Source: Eledone cirrhosa (taxonomy: Eukaryota). Taken from it: a stretch of DNA of 64,000 nucleotides. The position numbers and the translations under genes are program-made. The stretch is from positions 355,570,001-355,634,000 of the forward strand of contig OZ024743.1 of assembly GCA_964016885.1 (NCBI GenBank), read 5' to 3'. Below, in pieces: positions 12,494 through 25,529 of this stretch; the stretch's first letter is position 1; every line of letters begins with the position of its first letter. The notes beneath the pieces were generated by a model that saw only the letters and a program-made list of their open reading frames with translations, searched no databases and had not been told where the DNA came from.

Positions 12494-12850
12494 AATTGTT
12501 TTTACTTTTGGCACAAGGCCAGCAATTATCCCAGTGTATTACTGGTACTTTATTTTATCGACCCAGTAAGGATGAAAGGCAAAGTTAACCTCGGCGGGAT
12601 TTGAACTCAGAATGGCAATAATAATAATAATAACGTTTTCTGATATAGGCACAAGACTAGTAATTTGGAGAGAGTAAAAAGTCGATTAAATTGAACCCAG
12701 TACATTACTGGTACTTTATTTTATCGACCCCGTAAGGATGAAAGGCAAAGTTAACCTCGGCGGGATTTGAACTCAGACCGTAAAGAACCGTCACACTATG
12801 CTGCAAAGCATGGTCTCCAACTCTACCAAGGCTGCCAATCCACCAATCAT
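12494..12850 (-). mobile_element. Two copies of a tRNA-derived SINE (octopus-type), each ending in (TTA)n
   Basis: B-box GAGTTCAAATCCC, conserved GCCTTTCATCCTTACGGGGTCGATAAAATAAAGTACCAG core, 3' tail CTTGTGCC...AAAC(A/G)TTATT. Confidence 0.8.
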
Positions 12851-13474
12851 TTATATTCGGTTTGTTTGCAAGCAAACAGCCTTATAAGTACCACGTGGTA
12901 GATGATCAACGCCATCATTTTGTCTAGCCGTAACTGAGAGAAAACTATCGATAATTGTATAGGAATGATTGTTCCTTATCAAGATTGCGTATTCTCGTCA
13001 CTGCTACCCAATGGAACTGCTGAGGATACACAGTATTCTTAAATATATACATCGGCTGATTAGTCTCATTTGCATACCGAGCGATTTTACGGCCGGGTTT
13101 GCCGAAAATTAAAAAACAATTTTTCACACCTAACATGGTGGATACCGAAAAGTATTCGTGAGTGAATAATAATAATATTATTATTATATAATATCATTTA
13201 TATTCGGTTTGCTCATAAACATCACGTGTTAGTTGACTAACGTCATCCTTTTATTTAATTGGGTTATTGTATTTTGGAAGGTGTGTTTAGGTTTGTTAGA
13301 TTTACCTGTTGGGTATGGTTATGTAAGGATATTTATATATATTGTACCATGCATCTTATACTGTGAGAAATAAGATCCCATAGACAGGGCTCTGCTACAT
13401 ATTTATGTGGTGTTGTAGATGTGCAGGGTTGTGTAGAGAGAAATTACATATATACACACACACATATATATCTA

Positions 13475-13554
<80 letters not shown>

Positions 13555-13578
13555 TATATTATAAAGAATCGGGACCCG

Positions 13579-13807
13579 ACGGCTGAACACTTGCTGTTTC
13601 AACAGCTAGTTACAGACTCTAGAAATAGCTGTTGAAATGTCAAAGGTTCAACCGTAAATATATTACGGTTATTGTCTTCAGCACATAACTGTTGCAACTT
13701 CCGGTTTATGCATGTCTCCTGAAAGATAACAATGCATGTATCTGACAAATGTACATGCAGCGTTTGAAACCGGAGGTCGTATCATTTATGTGTTGAAAAC
13801 AATAACT
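13579..13807. repeat. Two tandem imperfect hairpins in a (TA)n-flanked unit
   Basis: CGGCTGAAC..TTTCAACAGCTA / TAGCTGTTGAAA..GTTCAACCG and GTTATTGTCTTCAGCACATAA / TTATGTGTTGAAAACAATAAC. Confidence 0.65.
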
Positions 13808-13883
13808 ATATTTTAGCTCTGTTCCTCGCATATACCACTCTCCTCTTATCTGTTTGATAGAACTTTCCAACACTATATATATA

Positions 13884-16009
13884 TGAACTTGCTCCTTTCA
13901 AGGCGAACCTTCTTGACTTAGTCGCTAACATTTCCTTTCGCAAACACCCTAACACCTTTCAAACTAAACTCAGAAATGATATTAAGAAATTTAGATCTTC
14001 TAATAACAGTTTCGTTCTTTCCGACAAAACTAATAATATTTACGAAGTCGACAACACCACTTTCTGCCACCTGGCCCATAACGCTATTACTTTCAAATAT
14101 AAGAAAGCTAACCCTATGGCCTACTACGATATTAATACAGAAGCCAAAGAACTTGCCGCCGCCCTTAAGGTAGATAAGAAGCTACAATCTCTAGCTAAGC
14201 GGGAGGCGTTCCTCACCCTGAAAGATCACAAGGTAGACTTTACTTCTAACCCCACATGTAGACTAATAAACCCGGCACGCACAGGTATGGGACTAGTCAG
14301 TAAGGCCATACTTAGAAACATAGTTAAGACCATTAGGGCCAAGTCCAACCTGCCCCAGTGGGCGAACAGCAACTCCGTAATTAAGTGGTTTAACTCCTTC
14401 AAATCCAAAAAAGCGAAGTTCACACAGTTCGACATTGTTGATTTTTACCCGTCGATCTCAGAGACCCTGTTAAACAAAGAGTTGAACTTCGCTACCACTT
14501 ACACCACCGTCGATGATTTAGACAGGGAAATCATCGCTCACTGTCGAAAAACCCTCCTCTTCAACAACGGAGTAGCCTGGGCAAAAAAGTCAACAACTTC
14601 AGACCTATTCGACGTCTTCATGGGATCCGTTTGACAGTGCTGACGTATGCGACTTGGTTGGCCTATTTATTTTCCCGGACTTCCACACGGGAATATACCG
14701 CGACGATTGACTGAACCTATCGAGCCATAAAAGTGGTCACGACCTCGACCGGTTTAAAAAAGACTTAGCTTCAGCCTTCAATGAGTTAGGACTTAGGATA
14801 ACAGTAGCTACCAACCTCTCTAGCGTAGATTTCTTAGACATTAATTTAGACCTTCGCACACACACCTACAGACCCTTCCATAAGCTAAACGAAAAACTCC
14901 TTTACATTCACAAGGACTCATGCCACCCTCCCACTGTTTTTAGAAACTTCGTAAATAATATCAGTACTAGAATCTCAAACCTCTCCTCTAATAAGGCTAT
15001 CTTTGACAGGGCGGCACCCTACTATAACACGGCGTTAGCTAACAGCGGCTTCTCGCAACCTATCACTTACTCTCCCACTAACAACAACAGCATTAAGAAA
15101 AGAAAGCGTAACAATAGACAAACTATCTGGTTCTCTCCTCCCTTCTCACTCAACGTTAAAACCAATGTAGGCAAACAATTTCTAGCCCTCTTAGATAGAC
15201 ACTTTCCCATAGGTCATAAATACCGCTCCATCTTTAACCGACACAAAGTAAAACTAGGATACTCCTGCGCTAAGAACATGAAGGCCCACATCACCAACAG
15301 CCCTAAGAGCAACACCCCACCACGGTGCTCTTGCCGTAAGCCCGAAGCTTGTCCCCTTCAACAGCAATGCAGCACACCCGCTGAAGTTTATGAAGCTGTG
15401 GTCACTTCCAACCGACCAAATCAACCACAGGAGTTCAAATCCTATGTGGGTATGGCGGAGGGCCGATATAAGGAAGGCTTCCTGAACCACCAGTCGACCT
15501 TTAGGTACCCGGACAGACATTCATCCATGAAACTCACGAGCCACGTATGGTCCCTCAAGGACTCAAGTATAGACTGCTCCATTCAATGGAAAACCATCAC
15601 TAAGTCCAAACCATACGCAAGGGGCAATCCGTCGAGTGGACTATGTATTGATGAACGAATAAATATTCTAAAGAGATTACGCAATAGTGATTGCCTAAAC
15701 ACGAGAAATGAATTCTTCACACCTTGTCCACACGTCTGAAAACACATCTTACATAACTACAAAGCTCCGGATTGAATTACAACAACATCCTAATTTTCTT
15801 ATCAACTAGAAACTTTCGGACTTTCGCAGTTATCTCTCTTACACTTCTCGCAAGCAATTTAGTATTGCTTGTGTGAAGTGATCGTTTCTGCGCATGCGCG
15901 TTCGTACGGTTGTCCTTCCTGTTCTGTATAACCATGTCCATTACGAGCTGAGGATCCGCTAAGGTGAAACAATTGTTCTCGGTATGGTGAATTAACTGTT
16001 ATGTAACCA

Positions 16010-16012
<3 letters not shown>
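13884..16012 (+). mobile_element. Penelope-like element, Naiad-type, 5'-truncated and decayed (RT + GIY-YIG)
   Basis: TLKDHK, CRLINPA, QFDIVDFYPSI, GIYRDD, IWFSPPF, CSCRKPEACPL..C, VYEA..SYVG; several frameshifts and stops; (TA)n on both flanks. Confidence 0.88.
15944..15981 (+). ncRNA. Minimal type I hammerhead ribozyme (PLE 3' region)
   Basis: CGAG-CTGAGGA-TCC GCTAA GGT-GAAA-CAATTG-TT^CTCG; stem I CGAG/CTCG, palindromic stem III. Confidence 0.75.
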
Positions 16013-16068
<56 letters not shown>

Positions 16069-16079
16069 GGGTGAGAGAG

Positions 16080-16113
<34 letters not shown>

Positions 16114-16134
16114 CTAGATAGATAGATAGATATA

Positions 16135-16561
16135 TTTCTTTATTAGCCACAGGGGCACAAAAGAAGGGGACAAATACAAAGGGGGAAGTTTACATACAAT
16201 AAAAACGTGTAAAATGTTATCACAGATGGAATTTAAAAGTTAGTCGATTTTCCCCAATAGAGGGAGACAGTTTATATGGGTAACACATACCCCCGAAAAA
16301 AATGTGCAACCCTCATCTCCAGGAGTACAAAGAGCTTGTACTCCTTTCCTCTCCTCCTCCTTTTCCTCAATCTACAGGCTGATATAGAGAGAAGGCCCAT
16401 TCACTCGGGCCATTCTCGCCACTTTCACCCACCTTTCATAAAACTTGCTGGGGTACAGCACCTCTCTCTCCATCCTGATTCTTCTTCCAAAGTGGTATTT
16501 GAAAAAAAGAATCAGTTGTTGGCCGGAGAGAAAGGTGTCTGACCTCAGCTCTTTCAACCTT
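16135..16561 (-). mobile_element. Tx1 lineage b, short 3' fragment with (TCTA)n tail
   Basis: ORF2 C-terminus FFKYHFGRRIRMEREVL; 3' end GTGGCTAATAAAGAAATA; (GATA)n on both sides. Confidence 0.85.
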
Positions 16562-16599
16562 GATAGATAGATAGATAGATAGATAGATAGGTAGATTTA

Positions 16600-19279
16600 A
16601 AAAATTGATTACCACAAGGGCACAAAAGAAGGGGACGAATACAAATGGGGAGTTTACATACAGGTATATGAAAATAAAACTATTAATAAAATAACAAATA
16701 ACAATTGAAATCCCCAATAGGGGGGAGGCGTTACACAGGGGTTGTACACACCCCGAAAAAATGTACAACCCTCATCTCCAGGAGCACCAAGAGTGAGTAC
16801 TCCCCTCCTCCCTTCCTCCTCCTTTTCCTCAACCTACAGGCTTATATAGAGAGAAGGCCCAACCACTCGGGCCATCTTTGCCACATTCACCCACCTTTTA
16901 TAAAATTTGCTGGGGTACAGCACCTCTCTCTCCATCCTGATTCTTCTTCCAAAATGATATTTGAAAAAAAGAATCAGTTGCTCGCCGGAGAGAAACGTGC
17001 CTGACCGCAGCCCTTTTAACCTCGTCCACCATATAACCGCTTTCACCATAGCCATAACACATAGGAAAATCGCCTCTCCTTCGTTTTTGAAAGGGGGTGG
17101 CGGTTTGATCATGACAATGGACACGGTGGTCAACTGGATTGGTCCCACCCGCGACAAAAGTCGTTCTACATATCCCCACAGGTCGGTAACCCCCGGGCAG
17201 TGTACATTTCGGACAGATCTTTTTCGAAGGGCGCCCGTGTCTGTAGAGCTTGTCTCGAACTGGTAGAGCTCCTCGGTAGTACTGTCAGGCCAGGGACTTT
17301 GGGAAGTTGTCCATCAGTCCCGGGCGGAAGGTCCTACCGAACAGACTGGCCAGTTCGTCCTCCTCTACGCCTAGAGTTTCTCAAAGCTGCGGACCAACCC
17401 TCTGTAGAATGACGAAGTGGAGTCTCCACTGATCGCCGTGTCCGTTTGCCGGAGGACTGTGAGCGCCTGAGCACATTCGATGTGCCAGTCGCTCATTTTC
17501 CTCAGTTTTTGCTTGACCCAGGACTGCAACTCGGTCAGCGAAACGAGTCGTGGGAAGGCTCGCCTCACGATGGGGCCCACACCGGTTGTCCGGTGAGGAA
17601 TACGTGGAGATGCCGCAGCCTGAGCGCGTGTTTGCGCATCGTCAACCACGGCATTCCTAGCCCTCCGTTTGAAGGGTGTTTGCAGCAGATGGATCTTCTC
17701 ACCAAAGGAGCCCGCCTCTTCCAAAGGAATTGGAAGAGCGCGCGCTCCATTTTGGTGAGCGTTTTGGCTGGACAAGGCACGACGATCAAGCGGTAGTAGA
17801 TGACGGACGCTATAAAAGTGTTCGCCACCTCCGCTCGACCTTTCAAGGATAGTTTGCACTCGGCCCACTTCTGGGTGATCGCAAACACCTTGGCCGTCAC
17901 CTCGTTCCAGTTCTTCTCCACCTGGAGGTCCGGACCAAACCAGACCCCGAGCAGCTTTACCGGTCCTTCCGTCCAGCGTCCTACGACGCCATCGGAAGGC
18001 ATCGGTTTGCCTCTCCACGTTCCGAGTTGCAAACCGACGGATTTGTCCCGGTTCAGCTTCGCTCCTGTGCATCTTTCGTATTCCTTCCGTAAAGTGCCGA
18101 CATCCCCGATTTGCGAGATGCTCGACACCATTACTGTCACGTCGTCGGCGTAGACCGACGCCGCTTTTCGCAGTCCCGGTTCCTGAGGGATGCCCTGCAA
18201 TAGCTCTAACCTCCGCAGTAGTGGCTAGAGAGTCAGTACGTACAGAAGGGAGGAGAGAAGGCATCCCTGTCGGATGGATCGCGTGATATGGAACGGCTCC
18301 GAGAGGTAGCCGTTCACCTTGACCCTTGAGCAGATGTTGCTGCTGTGCATTGGAGCAATCCAGCCCCTGAACACCGGTCCGAATCCTGCCGCCTCGAGCA
18401 CCGCATCCAGGTAACGATGGTCACCCCTATCGAAAGCTTTAGACTGATCCAAATTGTTCAGGGCCCCACCGAAGCCGAGTTTACAGCCTACCCTCTCTAT
18501 GATGTATCGCATGAGGTGGAGGTTGTCGTGTATGGACCTGGTCGGGATTGCGCATGTCTGCGCTTCTCCCACCAGGTTTTTGACGACCAGCGCAAGCCTC
18601 TTTCTCAAAACCTCAGCCAAAATCTGTAACTCTGTGTTTAGCAGAGTTATGGATAGGAAGTTGCCTATGTCAACCCCCTTATTCTCGTCCATCCTGACTA
18701 ACGTGACTACGCCCTTGGTCACAGAACTGGGATTCTTCCGTTATGCTGCCAGTTGCAGTAGACTCCTTCCAGGAGACCGGAGAACAAGTCCGCCATTGCT
18801 ACGTAAAATTCGTAGGGTAAACCGTCGAGATCTGGAGATTTGCGTTTGCCGCATTGTCTCAGCGCGTCCCCTATCTCAGCGGCCGAAATCGGCCTTTCGC
18901 AGAACTTCGCCTCGCTGTTCGAGAGTCGCGGCAGGCCGTCGAGGTATGCACCGAAATCCATAGCGTGCCACCCTTCCCGAACAGTTGAGCAAAGTGTCGC
19001 TGAAAGCCCGCGCACATCTGCGTAGGCTCACGTATTACGCGTACGTCTTGGTCCTTCAAAGACCGAATCGTTGATTTGTTGCCATTTTTCGCCTCAGTCC
19101 CTCGGGCCCAGCTAACAGTTTTGGTTCCCTCGTTTCCCAGAGCATGTATTTTTTGCTCCTGACAACGCAGCCTTCATGCTTTGCCTCGAAGAACTGGTCC
19201 AAAGCCGTTCTCGTCGCTAGCACGCTGGCTACGATGCCACTCCTAAGTGCCTCTTCTACTTTATCTACCAGTTCCTTGG
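16600..19279 (-). mobile_element. Tx1 lineage b, 5'-truncated ORF2 copy
   Basis: RT fragments (LDQSKAFDR, SIRQGC, VYADD), many frameshifts; bounded by (GATA)n at 16562-16590 and 19280-19311. Confidence 0.88.
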
Positions 19280-19314
19280 TAGATAAATAGATAGATAGAT
19301 AGATAGATAGATAT

Positions 19315-22300
19315 ATTTCTTTATTAGCCACAGCGGCACAAAAGAAGGGGACAAATACAAAGGAAGAAGTTTACATACAATAAAAACGTGTAAAATACTA
19401 TCACAAATACAATTTAAAAGTTAATCGATTTTCCCTAATAGGGGGAGACATTACATATGAGTAACACATACCCCCGAAAAAAATGTGCAACCCTCATCTC
19501 CAGGAGTACGAAGAGTTTGTACCCCTTTCCTCTTCTCCTCCTTTTCCTCAACCTACAGGCTGATATAGAAGAAGGCCCATTCACTCGAGCCATTCTCGCC
19601 ACTTTCATCCACCTTTCATAAAACTTGCTGAGGTACAGCACATCTCTCTTCATCCTGATTCTTCTTCTAAAGTGGTATTTGAAAAAAAGAATCAGTTGTT
19701 GGCCGGAGAGAAAGGTGTCTGACCTCAGCCCTTTCAACCTTGTCCACCATACAACCTCTTTCGCCATAGGCTATCGCACAAAGGAAAACCGCCTCTCCTT
19801 CGTTTTTGAAGGAGGGTGGCGGTTTGATCATGACAATGGACTTGGTGGTCAAGCGGATTGGTCCCACCCGCGACAATAGTCGTTCTACATAGCCCCACAG
19901 GTCAGTAACGCCCGGGCAGTGTATGAATGCGTGCGCGGCGGTTTCTTCATCTCGCACGTACCTCGGACAGATCTTTTTTGCAGGGTCCCTGCCCGGGCGC
20001 CCATGTCTGTAGGGCTTGTCTCGAACTGGTAGAGCTCCTCGGTAGCGCTGCCAGGCCAGGGACTTTTAGAAGTTGTCCATCGGTCCCGGGCGGAAGGTCC
20101 TACCGAACAGACTGGCCAGGTCGTCTTCCTCTACGCCTAGAGTTTCACCAAGCGAGTCGTCGCTCTTGCTGCGGATCAACCCTCTATAGAATGACGAAGT
20201 GGAGTCTCCACTGAACGCCGGGTCCGACTGCCAGAGGACTGTGAGCGCCTGAGCACATTCGATGTGCCAGTCGCGCATTTTCCTCGGTTTTTGCTTGACC
20301 CAGGACTGCAGCTCGGTCAGCGAGACGAGTCATGGGAAGGCTCGCCCCACGAACGGGGCCCACATCGGTTGTCCGGTGAGGAATACGTAGAGATGCCGCA
20401 GCCTGAGCGCGTGCTTGCGCATCGTCAGCCACGGCATCCCCAACCCTCCGTTGGAAGGGTGTTCGCAGCAGATGGATCTTCTCACCAAAGGAGCCCGCCT
20501 CTTCCAAAGGAGCGTTTTGGCTGGACAAGGCACGACGGTCAAGCGGTAGTAGATGGCGGACGCTATAAAAGTGTTCGCCACCTCCGCTCGACCTTTCAAG
20601 GATAGTTTGCGCTCGGCCCACTTCTGGGTGAGTGCAAACACCTTGACCGTCACCTCGTTCCAGTTCTTCTCCACCTGGAGGTCCGGACCAAACCAGACCC
20701 CGAGCAGCTTTACCAGTCCTTCCGTCCAGCGTCCGACGACGCCATCGGAAGGCATCGGTTTGCCTCTCCACGATCTGAATTGCAAACCATAGGCCGACGC
20801 CGCTTTCCGCAGTCCCGGTTCCAGAAGGATGCCCTGCAATAGCTCCAACTTCCGCAGTAGTGGCTCGAGAGTCAGTAAGTACAGACCGTCGAGACCTGGA
20901 GATTCGCGTTTGCCGCATTGTCTCAGCGCGTCCCCTATCTCAGCGGCTGAAATCGGCTTTTCGCAGAACTTCCCCTCGCTGTCCGAGAGTCGCGGTAGGC
21001 TCTCGAAGTATGGACCGAAATCCATAGCCCCTCCCGGCGCGCCGCCCTGCCCTAACAGTTGAGCAAAGTGTCGCTGAAAGGCCGCACACATCTGCTTCGG
21101 CTCACGTATCACGCGTCCGTCTTGGTCCTTCAAAGACCGAATCGTGGACTTGTTGCCAATTTTTGCCTCCGTCACTCGGGCCGGCTAACAGCTTTGACTC
21201 CCACGTTTCCCAGAGCACGTATTTTGCTTCTGATAACGCAGCCCTCGTGCTTTGCGTCGAAGAACTGGTCCAAGGCCGTTCTCGTTGCTAGCACGCTGGC
21301 TACGATGCCACTTCTAATTGCCTCTTCTACTTTATCTACCAGTTCCTTCTCGGTCCTATTTCTATCTAACGCTAATTCTTTACTAAAAACTAACGAATCT
21401 AATCTAACTGCCCTCTTGAGAGAGTACCACCATCTGTTGTTGACAATGTCCTCTGTCAAGTGCTGTTTAACTAAAGTGCTAATCCGTCTACTGAAGGCTT
21501 TGCATGTCGGTAACGACAAGTTCAGCTTCCAGTAGCCGGGTCCTTCTCTATGGGTTCTATCAAGGTTGACCATGCAGGTCACTAGTTTGTGATCTGAATA
21601 GGAACCATGAACATTTGTGGACAGCATAGCATGTCCCTATCCTTATTTCTAACTAGAACCCTATCTAGGTACGATCTAGATGTTCCGCTGCCATTAGTCC
21701 ACGTCCACAGTGGCACAGTCGGAACATCTAGTCGATATCTATCGGCCAGGTCAAATCGGCCGATTAACTGTTTGAGGATGTTACACCCCTCTTTATCGGG
21801 ACATGCTCCCACATAGTCCCAACGTGCATCTAGGATTCCATTCCAGTCCCCCACTAAAAGCAAGGAGCGGGACGTTCCCAGAAAAGTTTCTAAACGTTTG
21901 AAGAAGTCTGGCCGCGTTGTCCCGGATGGGGCATATACGGCCACCAGCCTGAAGGCTCCACCTTCACTACCGTCAACGTCTAGGACCACCATTCGACCCC
22001 CCGGGTTCAGATGTACCGTCTGTGTTACGAGGCCCAGGTGTTTCCGCAGCAAAACGGCAACCCCCCCCCCCCCCCCGGCTGACAGAGGGATGCGTAGATC
22101 TCAAAGTCATCGAAGATGGGGGCCAGCTGTCGCTCGCTGTGGATCCTGGACTCGCAAATGGTTACTACATTCATACTATGCGACCTGAGGTCGTTTAAGA
22201 GTTTGCCCTGTTTCCAGGGCATCCCCAGGCCGCGTACATTCACACATCCAACTCTTATATTGGCCATGTTGGTTCTGAAAAGTTAAAAGAAGAGAAGAAA

Positions 22301-23080
22301 ACACTCACCTCTTCGTCTCTCGGGAATCAGGCCGCACGGTTTCCATGGGGGTGTTAGAGGAGTTGTCTGGGTGTGTGGTGGTTTCCGGCGGGGTGGGGAC
22401 GAAGATGTTTGGTGGGGTGGGGGAGTCTGGGGTGAGGGTGGGGAAACTTTTTAAAAGGACGCGGTTAATGGGTTTAACACAGGGATTACCCACGTCCTTA
22501 GGAAAGTTTTCCTTTAAAGACTTATAGGTGTCCGTAGGGACTCTAATCGTCTTTAAATTAGGTTTGTCTACACAGTTTGAAAAAGTTTTCCCTTCGGTTT
22601 TCATGGAAGGGTCGTTGGAGATAACCTCCATTAAAGTTTTGTTTTTACTGTTTATGTATGTGTAATGTTCTTGTTGTGTTGCGGTGGTTTTTCTCTGCTG
22701 TTCTTGTGGGAGCTTTCGTTTTGCTGTAGGTGTTTGTGTTTGGAGTGATGTCGTGGTTTTGTTTTCGGGACGGGGGGGGGGGTTGTTTGTAATGTTTGTG
22801 TTGTTTGTGTTGGTGGTTGTATGTTTGTAGTGATGTTTGTTGTTTTTTTGTTCTTGTGGTGTCTTTTCTTCTTTCTTTTCGAACGGGAGAGGCTCTCCCT
22901 CGTCGTCACTTGGTGATGATGTGGGGGCCTCGTCCGTTGTGGTGTCTTTGTTATTTGGAAGGGGTATGTTTTGGGGAGCTGTTGTGTTTGTGGGTGTTTT
23001 TGCAGTGGTTTTAGGGGAGTGGGTTTGGTGGGACTGTGCTTGCAGGTTGGTTTGTTGTTCTTATTTTGGTTATGTTTGCG

Positions 23081-23127
<47 letters not shown>

Positions 23128-24420
23128 TTGTTGTGGTGGTGGTGGTGGTGGTGGTGGTGGTGGTGGTGGTGGTGGTGGTGGTGGTTGTGTTGTTGTTTTG
23201 GGTGTTGGCAGTAGTACCTCTTTTTTTGTAGTTAACTGAGGACCACTGCTTAAACAGTGGTAACATGAAGGCCGCCTACCCTCAACAGAAATGTTTATGT
23301 GTGAAATTCCGTCCAGAGGCATACGTTGGGGTATTTTAGCTATCCGTTCTGGCCTCATTTGGACCAGATCTTCCATGCTTGTACCATTGAATGTGCCTCT
23401 GGAGGATTTTCCCACCGAAATGATGGTGTCTTCGTCGAAATCGATGAAGCCAGTTAAAATCCACCAGACGTTTACATTTGGTGCAATGTTCGAAATGTTT
23501 ATCTTTTGTGTTCTTTTTACCATGTGGGTAAAAATGTGTAAAGGGAGGACACAATCGGCGATACAGAATATTTTTGTGCTGTCAATTGGTCTTTCAACAA
23601 CACCGAAATGCTTCCAAAAAGTTTCCCTTTTTGGATGAAGGCAATATCCTTCATGGAATTCTTCAGAACCAGTTCAATGTCGTTTTGGGATAATTGAACT
23701 GGTTTTTTCGACACATTTGAAACCGTCCTAAAAATTACTGTTTTTAGAACAGTTTCTCTGCGTAACTGTTGAGGAAAAGGGATGCTGAAAGCACCACTCT
23801 CACCAAAAGTTACATACTGTTTTGCATCGCTTAACATTTCCCTAGCATTGGAAATGTCAAGGTATGTGAACAGTTCCGTCTTTTGGACGGTTTGAGCAAA
23901 GGAAATCTTTTCCTTGTTCGTGGAGTTGTTCGTGTTGCTGTTGTTGTTGGTGGTGTTGTTGTTATCATTGTTGCTGTTGTTGTTTTTGTTGTCATTATTG
24001 TTGTTGTTGTTGTTCTGGTTGGTGTTGTTTATATTTTGCATGTTATTGGTGTTCATGTTAGTGTTGATGTTACAATCAACGTCCGACATCGTCTTTTCAA
24101 AACTGACGACATTTTCGATATCTTTCAATGAGGTGGTGAGAGGAGGTGACTGCGAGCTTAACACTCTTACCGCCTCTCCATCACTTCTAGTTATGAACGC
24201 AGCGTTCATGACTGAATGCAAAGTTTGTTTACAATTTTTTCACCGGCGAAACTTTTTCCAAAAGAAAATTTCACCCCAGGGAGGGGTGAAGATGACTTGA
24301 CCCACCGTCTGAAAGTCCAGACGTGGGGTCAAGCTATAAAATAGTAATAAATTTAACAATAAATTTTTGATTTCTTACTTAGAAAATCAACAAAAACTTA
24401 CCAACGAATTGGCACACGTC
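19315..24420 (-). mobile_element. Tx1 lineage b, full-span copy with internal deletions
   Basis: ORF1 pieces 24221-22305 (poly-Asn, ISFAQ, ISVEGRRPSCYHC); ORF2 from 22267 (CVNVRGL, GDWN, SDHK) with most of the RT core deleted near 20880 (GLDGL|YLLTLEP). The 5' end is approximate. Confidence 0.87.
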
Positions 24421-24509
24421 TAAAGTAAATCAGGATAACAGAAAATGGATAAAAGTTCGGGGATTTGGGGGAATAAGGGAAAGATTATGATGTGAATAGA
24501 AGATTTAAG

Positions 24510-24585
<76 letters not shown>

Positions 24586-24698
24586 AATATTATATATACA
24601 TGTATATAAAATGTATACACACTTCAACAGCATTCTAATAAATATTGCCTGTACAGGTAATGTAAGTGAGTATGCATTTTGCGGGACACTATGTGTGT

Positions 24699-24820
<122 letters not shown>

Positions 24821-25292
24821 ATACAGAAGAGTGTGTGTATGTTGCTGTACGTGTGTAATACATTAATAAATTATTTATATTTGTCCAACAGAGGGAGTCA
24901 GTAAATCTATGCACAATGTTTAAAGTACACTGCATAGACAGGGCAAGAGTTTACTTTGTTATATGTTATATATAACTGATTAAATATAAAATATAGATGT
25001 AAAGGTTTCAACATACATATACTAAATCACATGTTAGTAATTATACGTTTATTTGTATGCATATATTATAAGTGTACATATGTCACACATATATATATAA
25101 TGATGGGTCGGATTTGCGTGTATACATATATATAGAGAGGGATATATAGATATAGCTCTAGATATAGATATAGATGTGTTCGTGTGCTTGTGTGTGTATG
25201 TGTGTGTGAGTGCGTGTTGTCATAATACAGTAATGTATATAGCATATTTTTGTATGTAAACGTATCTTTATATACATGCAAATATATATAGA

Positions 25293-25327
<35 letters not shown>

Positions 25328-25430
25328 GATTTTTAAAGCGATGAAATACCAATGAAGGTTGGAAGATCACTGATGAAGGACTAATTTTATTCATATGTAA
25401 CCCATGTGCAACCAGGCAGCTCTCCATTTT

Positions 25431-25476
<46 letters not shown>

Positions 25477-25529
25477 ATGTGTGTGTGTGTGTGTGTGTTC
25501 ATTTATTTATTTGAGTGTGTATATATATA

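Noticed and set aside
14700-15740. In-frame TGA codons in Naiad A as selenocysteine (known for some Naiads)
   Set aside because: The TGAs follow RDD (expected Gly) and CPHV, not conserved Cys positions, and the copy has many other lesions. The stop in Naiad B is TAG.
25360-25400. CTGATGA as a hammerhead core (also at 52606)
   Set aside because: No stem II, GAAA or stem I partner.
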